From a virus (Duplodnaviria; Caudoviricetes), in IMG/VR virus record IMGVR_UViG_3300034088_000041, positions 1-45,845 of that record: a DNA stretch of 45,845 bases, one strand, 5' to 3'. Position numbers and translations under genes: made by a program. The stretch's first letter is position 1. The number at the start of each line of letters is the position of its first letter. Under the pieces are notes generated by a model. It worked only from the letters and a program-made list of their open reading frames with translations, was not told the DNA's origin and did no database searches. Below, piece by piece: positions 41,850-45,845 of this stretch.

Positions 41850-43505
41850 GCCCGACGGACCCGCGCGAAGCGCACCGACGCCGCACCCGCCTCCCGCTCC
41901 GACGGCTGGGAGAACGTCCTGACCGGACTCGGCCGCCTCGGTCGCGACAAGCGGCTCGGCACCCAGGTCGCCGTCCAGTACCTCAGCACGCAGCAGGCGG
42001 AGCTGCTCTGGCGCGGCGACGACATGGCCGCGAAGATCATCGAGAAGCCCCCGCGCGAGATGTTGCGGCGCTGGCTCGACGTCCTCATCGCTGGCGACTC
42101 CGAGGCCTCGCAGGGGATCGCCGCCCGGCTCGACGAGCTCAAGGCGCGGGCTGCGCTTCGGGACGCCCTGCAGAAGACCCGGGCCTTCGGCGGCGCGGGG
42201 ATCCTGCTCGGCGCCGACGATGGCGCGATCGACCTCACGAAGCCCCTCGACGAGAGCCGCCTCAAGTCGCTCCGCTGGCTCACAGTCTTCGACGCAGACG
42301 AGCTCCATCCGGTCGAGTGGTACCGCGGCCTCCAAGATCGGTTCTACGGCCAGCCCTCGGTCTACGAGATCCACCCTCGCGGCGGTCAGGCGGCCTTCGG
42401 CTCGCGCGTCCACGAGTCGCGTCTGCTCGTCTTCCGCGGCGTCCAGGTCTCCCGGCGCCACGCCGCCGAGCGCAACGGCTGGGGCGACTCCGTCCTCGTG
42501 CGCGTCCTCGAGGTGCTCACCGACGTGGGCATGGCGTGGGGCGGCGCGGCGCACCTGCTCGCCGACTTCTCGCAGGCCGTCTTCCGGATCCGGGGACTCG
42601 CCGAGGCCATCGCCTCCGGCCGCGAGGACCTCATCCGCAAGCGCATCGAGGCGATCGAGCTCGGCCGCTCGGTCGTCCGCGCCGCGCTGCTCGACGCGGG
42701 CGACCCGGAGACCGGGGACGCCGGCGAGAGCTTCGAGCGCAAGGCCACTCCGCTTGCCGGGTACCCCGACATGCTGGAGCAGTTCAAGACCCGGCTCGCC
42801 GCCGCGGCGGACATGCCGATCACGCTGCTCTGGGGCGACTCACCCAAGGGGCTCTCAACCGGGGACTCGTCCGGGCAGGCATGGTGGGCCGAGCACATCG
42901 AGGGGCTCCAGGAGGAGCAGCTCCGCGACCCCGTGAACCGGCTCGTGCGACTGCTCATGCTCGAGAAGGGCGGCGCCACGAAGGGCAAGGAGCCGCCGCG
43001 GTGGGCGGTGAGGTTCCGGCCGCTGCGCCAGCTCGACCCCCTGCAGGAGTCCGACCGCCGGCTGAAGAACGCGCAGGCGGACGCGGCCTACGTGCAGGCG
43101 GGCGTCGTGATGCCGGAGGAGGTCGCCGCCTCGAGGTTCGGTGGCGACACCTACGGCGAGGACGTCGTCCTCGACGACGGCCTGCGCGGGGCGATGGGCG
43201 AGCCCGTGGACCCAGCGCTCACGGCTCCCGGTCCCGGGGGCGACCTCAAGCCGAAGCCGGCGGAGGCCGTGGACCCGACGACCGCGCTCAACGGCGCGCA
43301 GGTCTCGTCACTGCTCGAGATCATCCAGGCGGTCGCGTCCAAGTCCCTGCCGCGCGAGACCGGCGTCGCGACGATCGCGGCGAGCTTCCCGCTCTCGACC
43401 GAGGAGGCGGACCGTCTCCTCGGCGCGGTCGGTCGAACGTTCTTCCATGAGACTGCGCCGCCCCCCGCGCCTCCTCCTCCTGGCGCTACGCCGGCGACGC
43501 CGTGA
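41847..43505 (+). CDS. Portal protein (DUF1073-like) with C-terminal extension
   Basis: DGW.N..TG.G, R.FGG, VHESRL, WGDSVL and P.T.LWG.SP.G motifs. Confidence 0.9.
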   Translation: MARRTRAKRTDAAPASRSDGWENVLTGLGRLGRDKRLGTQVAVQYLSTQQAELLWRGDDMAAKIIEKPPREMLRRWLDVLIAGDSEASQGIAARLDELKARAALRDALQKTRAFGGAGILLGADDGAIDLTKPLDESRLKSLRWLTVFDADELHPVEWYRGLQDRFYGQPSVYEIHPRGGQAAFGSRVHESRLLVFRGVQVSRRHAAERNGWGDSVLVRVLEVLTDVGMAWGGAAHLLADFSQAVFRIRGLAEAIASGREDLIRKRIEAIELGRSVVRAALLDAGDPETGDAGESFERKATPLAGYPDMLEQFKTRLAAAADMPITLLWGDSPKGLSTGDSSGQAWWAEHIEGLQEEQLRDPVNRLVRLLMLEKGGATKGKEPPRWAVRFRPLRQLDPLQESDRRLKNAQADAAYVQAGVVMPEEVAASRFGGDTYGEDVVLDDGLRGAMGEPVDPALTAPGPGGDLKPKPAEAVDPTTALNGAQVSSLLEIIQAVASKSLPRETGVATIAASFPLSTEEADRLLGAVGRTFFHETAPPPAPPPPGATPATP

Positions 43506-43672
43506 AGCGGTTCTGCGAGTGCGGACGACCGGCCGTCGTCCCGCCTCGCTGGAAGCGCAAGGGATCGCGCTCGATGAAGGACCACGACATGTGCCGCCAG
43601 TGCTGGCGTGACCTCCGGACGAGCCTCGTCCCGAAGCGCCGCGCCCGGCCGCGACCGACCGAGGGGCCATGA
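43502..43672 (+). CDS. 56-aa basic Zn-finger microprotein
   Basis: MKRFCECGRP...HDMCRQCWRDL...; GTGA and ATGA overlaps with portal and MuF exactly fill the gap. Confidence 0.65.
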   Translation: MKRFCECGRPAVVPPRWKRKGSRSMKDHDMCRQCWRDLRTSLVPKRRARPRPTEGP

Positions 43673-45135
43673 GCAAGGCCGAGATCGTCGCCGCCATCCG
43701 GCTCCGGCGCGCCGGGCTCAAGCTGCTCGGGAAGCTCCCGCGCCGGCGCCGTCCGCCCCCGCAGCTCCAGCCAGACGCAATCCGCACGGCCTACTTCGGC
43801 GCGGTACTGGGCGCGCTTGGCCGCGCGCGCGAAATCGTGCGAGAGCGCCTCGAGCCCGAGCTGGCGGCTCTCGCGGCCGAGGCACAGAACGGGCGCGGCG
43901 ACGGGATCCGGACGGACAAGGATCCTGCGAGCGTGAACGACCTGATCGATGGGATCTCCGACGCGTGGTTCGAGGAGTTCCCGAACGAGCGGCTCGCCAG
44001 GACAGCCGAGAAGTTCGCCACCAGGACGGCGAAGTTCCAGCGCGAGCAGCTCTCGAAGCAGTTCAAGGCGGTCGCGGGGATCGACGTCGTTCAGGCTGAG
44101 CCATGGCTCGGGCCGAAGGTGAAGGCCTTCACCGCGGAGAACGTGGCGCTGATCAAGAGCGTCGCGTCGGACCACTTCGCGGACATCGAAAAGCGGCTCG
44201 GTGCGGGGCTCTCGCGCGGGGAGCGCTGGGAGGACCTGGCGAAGACGATCGGGGATCGCTACGAGGTCGCGGCGAGCCGAGCGAAGCTCATCGCGCGTGA
44301 CCAGGTTGGGAAGCTCTACGGCGACCTGAACCGGACGCGACAGACGCAGCTCGGCGTGACGTCCTTCGTGTGGCGGACGATGAAGGACAACCGGGTGCGA
44401 GACGAGCACGCCGCGCTCGACGGGGAGACGTTCGCCTGGACCGACCCGCCCGAGGATGGGATCCCGGGCGAGGCCGTGAACTGCCGGTGCTGGGGCGAGC
44501 CGGTGATGGACGAGATCGCGCCGATGGAGGCAACGGCGGGGGGCGAGTTGCCGCCGTCGCCGCCGAGCGAGCCGCCGGGGGGAGGCGGCGAGGGCGGGGA
44601 GCCACCGGGGGGTGGAGGCGGGGAGGGCTCGTTCCCCGAGCCGCGCTTCCACGGCGAGGAGCCGCCGGCGGACGGGCCGCAGCCGTACTGGCGCATGGAG
44701 TTGGGTCCGCCGGGGAAGATCGTGGACCTTGGCGGAGCGAGGCGGAAGGGCGACCAGACGCTGATCGCGGCCGAGACGCTCCGGAAGCGCGGCAACGACG
44801 TCTTCCTGCTCCCCGAGAAGCACGTCGTCGCCATGTACGACGCCGCCGTGAACCCTCCGGGTGGAGACACCGCGCTTCACCCAGTGGAGCTGACGAGGAT
44901 CGCCAAGCGTGGCGCCGACGCCAAGACGGTGAAGCGGAGGATTGAGAAGAAGGCCGAAAGAGAGCAGGGAGCGGATCAGCTCGTCGTGGATGCGTCGTTG
45001 TCGAACCTGAGTGCAAGGGAAGCGGCACGCGGCGTCGAGCGCGCGACGAAGAACCTAAAGGGCTACTTCCGGTTCATCCGCATCATCGGCCCCGACTTCG
45101 ACTTGACGTTCTCGTCCCAGGTGCCGAGGATCTAG
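43669..45135 (+). CDS. MuF/SPP1 gp7-like minor head protein with C-terminal CdiA-like nuclease toxin domain
   Basis: N..LIKS, RAKLIARDQ, W.T..D.RVR..H, PG...NCRC; then a Pro/Gly linker; then A..L...G.DV.LLPE...D...E...QGAD..VVD.S..NLS. Confidence 0.85.
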   Translation: MSKAEIVAAIRLRRAGLKLLGKLPRRRRPPPQLQPDAIRTAYFGAVLGALGRAREIVRERLEPELAALAAEAQNGRGDGIRTDKDPASVNDLIDGISDAWFEEFPNERLARTAEKFATRTAKFQREQLSKQFKAVAGIDVVQAEPWLGPKVKAFTAENVALIKSVASDHFADIEKRLGAGLSRGERWEDLAKTIGDRYEVAASRAKLIARDQVGKLYGDLNRTRQTQLGVTSFVWRTMKDNRVRDEHAALDGETFAWTDPPEDGIPGEAVNCRCWGEPVMDEIAPMEATAGGELPPSPPSEPPGGGGEGGEPPGGGGGEGSFPEPRFHGEEPPADGPQPYWRMELGPPGKIVDLGGARRKGDQTLIAAETLRKRGNDVFLLPEKHVVAMYDAAVNPPGGDTALHPVELTRIAKRGADAKTVKRRIEKKAEREQGADQLVVDASLSNLSAREAARGVERATKNLKGYFRFIRIIGPDFDLTFSSQVPRI

Positions 45136-45137
45136 CC

Positions 45138-45467
45138 GTGGAACCCATCCTGTTCATCCGCGCCACGATGGCCGACATGCTCCGGCTCCTCGCTGAGGAG
45201 GGCCTGTTGGTCCGCGACGAGCGGAAGGTCTTCCGTGGCGAGTGGCAGGTCGGATGGGCGTACGAGAAGGCCTTCGACGAGGACGACCCGGAGCTCTCAA
45301 GGTTCACCGCGGTGTTCGACGTGCGCCCGCTCAGCGACGGAAGCGCGGAGCAGACGGCGCGAACCATGTTCGAGCGCGCCAAGAAGGCCGGCTACCCGGC
45401 TTTGCTGCTCGGCGACGACGACGAGAAGCTCGACCAGTTCGAGCCCTCGCCGTCCTCAGCCGCGTAG
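45138..45467 (+). CDS. Candidate immunity protein for the MuF toxin
   Basis: 109-aa acidic protein 2 nt downstream of the toxin-bearing MuF; AGGA RBS. Confidence 0.65.
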   Translation: MEPILFIRATMADMLRLLAEEGLLVRDERKVFRGEWQVGWAYEKAFDEDDPELSRFTAVFDVRPLSDGSAEQTARTMFERAKKAGYPALLLGDDDEKLDQFEPSPSSAA

Positions 45468-45495
45468 CGCCCGCTCGACCTCCCCGCCCCGCGGC

Positions 45496-45512
45496 GATAC
45501 GCGGGGCGCATG
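45496..45512 (+). promoter_or_regulatory. GATACG-N8-ATG motif (DUF2213)
   Basis: GATACG CGGGGCGC ATG. Confidence 0.7.
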
Positions 45513-45845
45513 ACGGTTCGCCGCTACGACGCTGCCTCGCTCGACAAGGCGGAGATCACGCCGTCGGGCTTCCTGCGCGCCCCGGCCGTGCTCACCCGCG
45601 TCGGCGTCTTCGAGTACCGCCGCGCGGACGGTTCGGTGCGGCGCGAGCTCCGGCTCCCGGAGGAGGTCTTCCGACCGGACTCGCTCGCCTCGATCGGCAT
45701 GGCGCCGATCACCGACGACCACCCCGCGGCCGGGTTCGTCACGCCCGCCAACGCGAAGGCGCTCACCGTCGGGCACCTGGGCGAGGGCATCCGACGCGAC
45801 GGCGACGTCGTCCGCGCCATGGCTCTCATCACCGACGGCGACGCC
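45510..45845 (+). CDS. DUF2213-family head maturation protein, 5' part (continues at window start; about 399 aa in total)
   Basis: Translates as MTVRRYDAASLDKAEITPSGFLRAPAVLTRVGVFEY...PEEVF...PITDDHP, a typical DUF2213 N-terminus; lies between MuF and the capsid genes. Confidence 0.88.
   Translation, partial: MTVRRYDAASLDKAEITPSGFLRAPAVLTRVGVFEYRRADGSVRRELRLPEEVFRPDSLASIGMAPITDDHPAAGFVTPANAKALTVGHLGEGIRRDGDVVRAMALITDGDA
45719..45845. repeat. Terminal direct repeat, copy 2
   Basis: Identical to bases 1-127. Confidence 0.95.

Noticed and set aside
41847-43505. Portal as an anti-CBASS Acb1 protein
   Set aside because: DUF1073-type portals are sometimes labelled this way, but I see no 2H-phosphoesterase HxT/S motif pair in the extension.
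44506-44650. G-rich repeats in MuF as a DNA-level element
   Set aside because: They are explained by coding for a Pro/Gly/Glu linker (EPPGGGG twice).
1-45845. CRISPR array, tRNA or rRNA genes
   Set aside because: No regularly spaced repeat-spacer units or cloverleaf-like sequences were noticed, and intergenic space is minimal. A covariance-model search was not possible.

Overview
The window is an apparently complete, circular genome of a temperate tailed phage with a contractile (myovirus-type) tail. It is 45,718 bp: bases 1-127 repeat exactly at 45719-45845, which looks like an assembly overlap. GC content is very high; a Myxococcota/Anaeromyxobacter-like host is an inference from composition and signal-peptide style only. 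The late region runs TerS, TerL, portal, MuF with a C-terminal toxin-like domain plus a candidate immunity gene, DUF2213 (across the origin), capsid, neck, sheath, tube, chaperone with a -1 frameshift, tape measure, baseplate, tail fibre, and lysis/accessory genes. It is followed by a convergent serine integrase, a leftward early operon (HNH proteins, ParB-like, RecT, YqaJ), a lambda-like immunity region with PL/PR operators and cargo genes, and a rightward Cro/CII/MTase/replication/RusA operon. The most notable signals are: (1) a GATACG-N8-ATG motif at fixed distance before five late-region genes, suggesting a leaderless late promoter; (2) the MuF toxin-immunity pair; (3) a candidate attP inside the integrase 3' end with an unannotated candidate RDF; (4) a motif-driven HExxH lipoprotein beside the tail fibre; (5) an atypical two-gene cassette in the rexAB-equivalent position. 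All family assignments come from motif recognition and gene order, not database searches.
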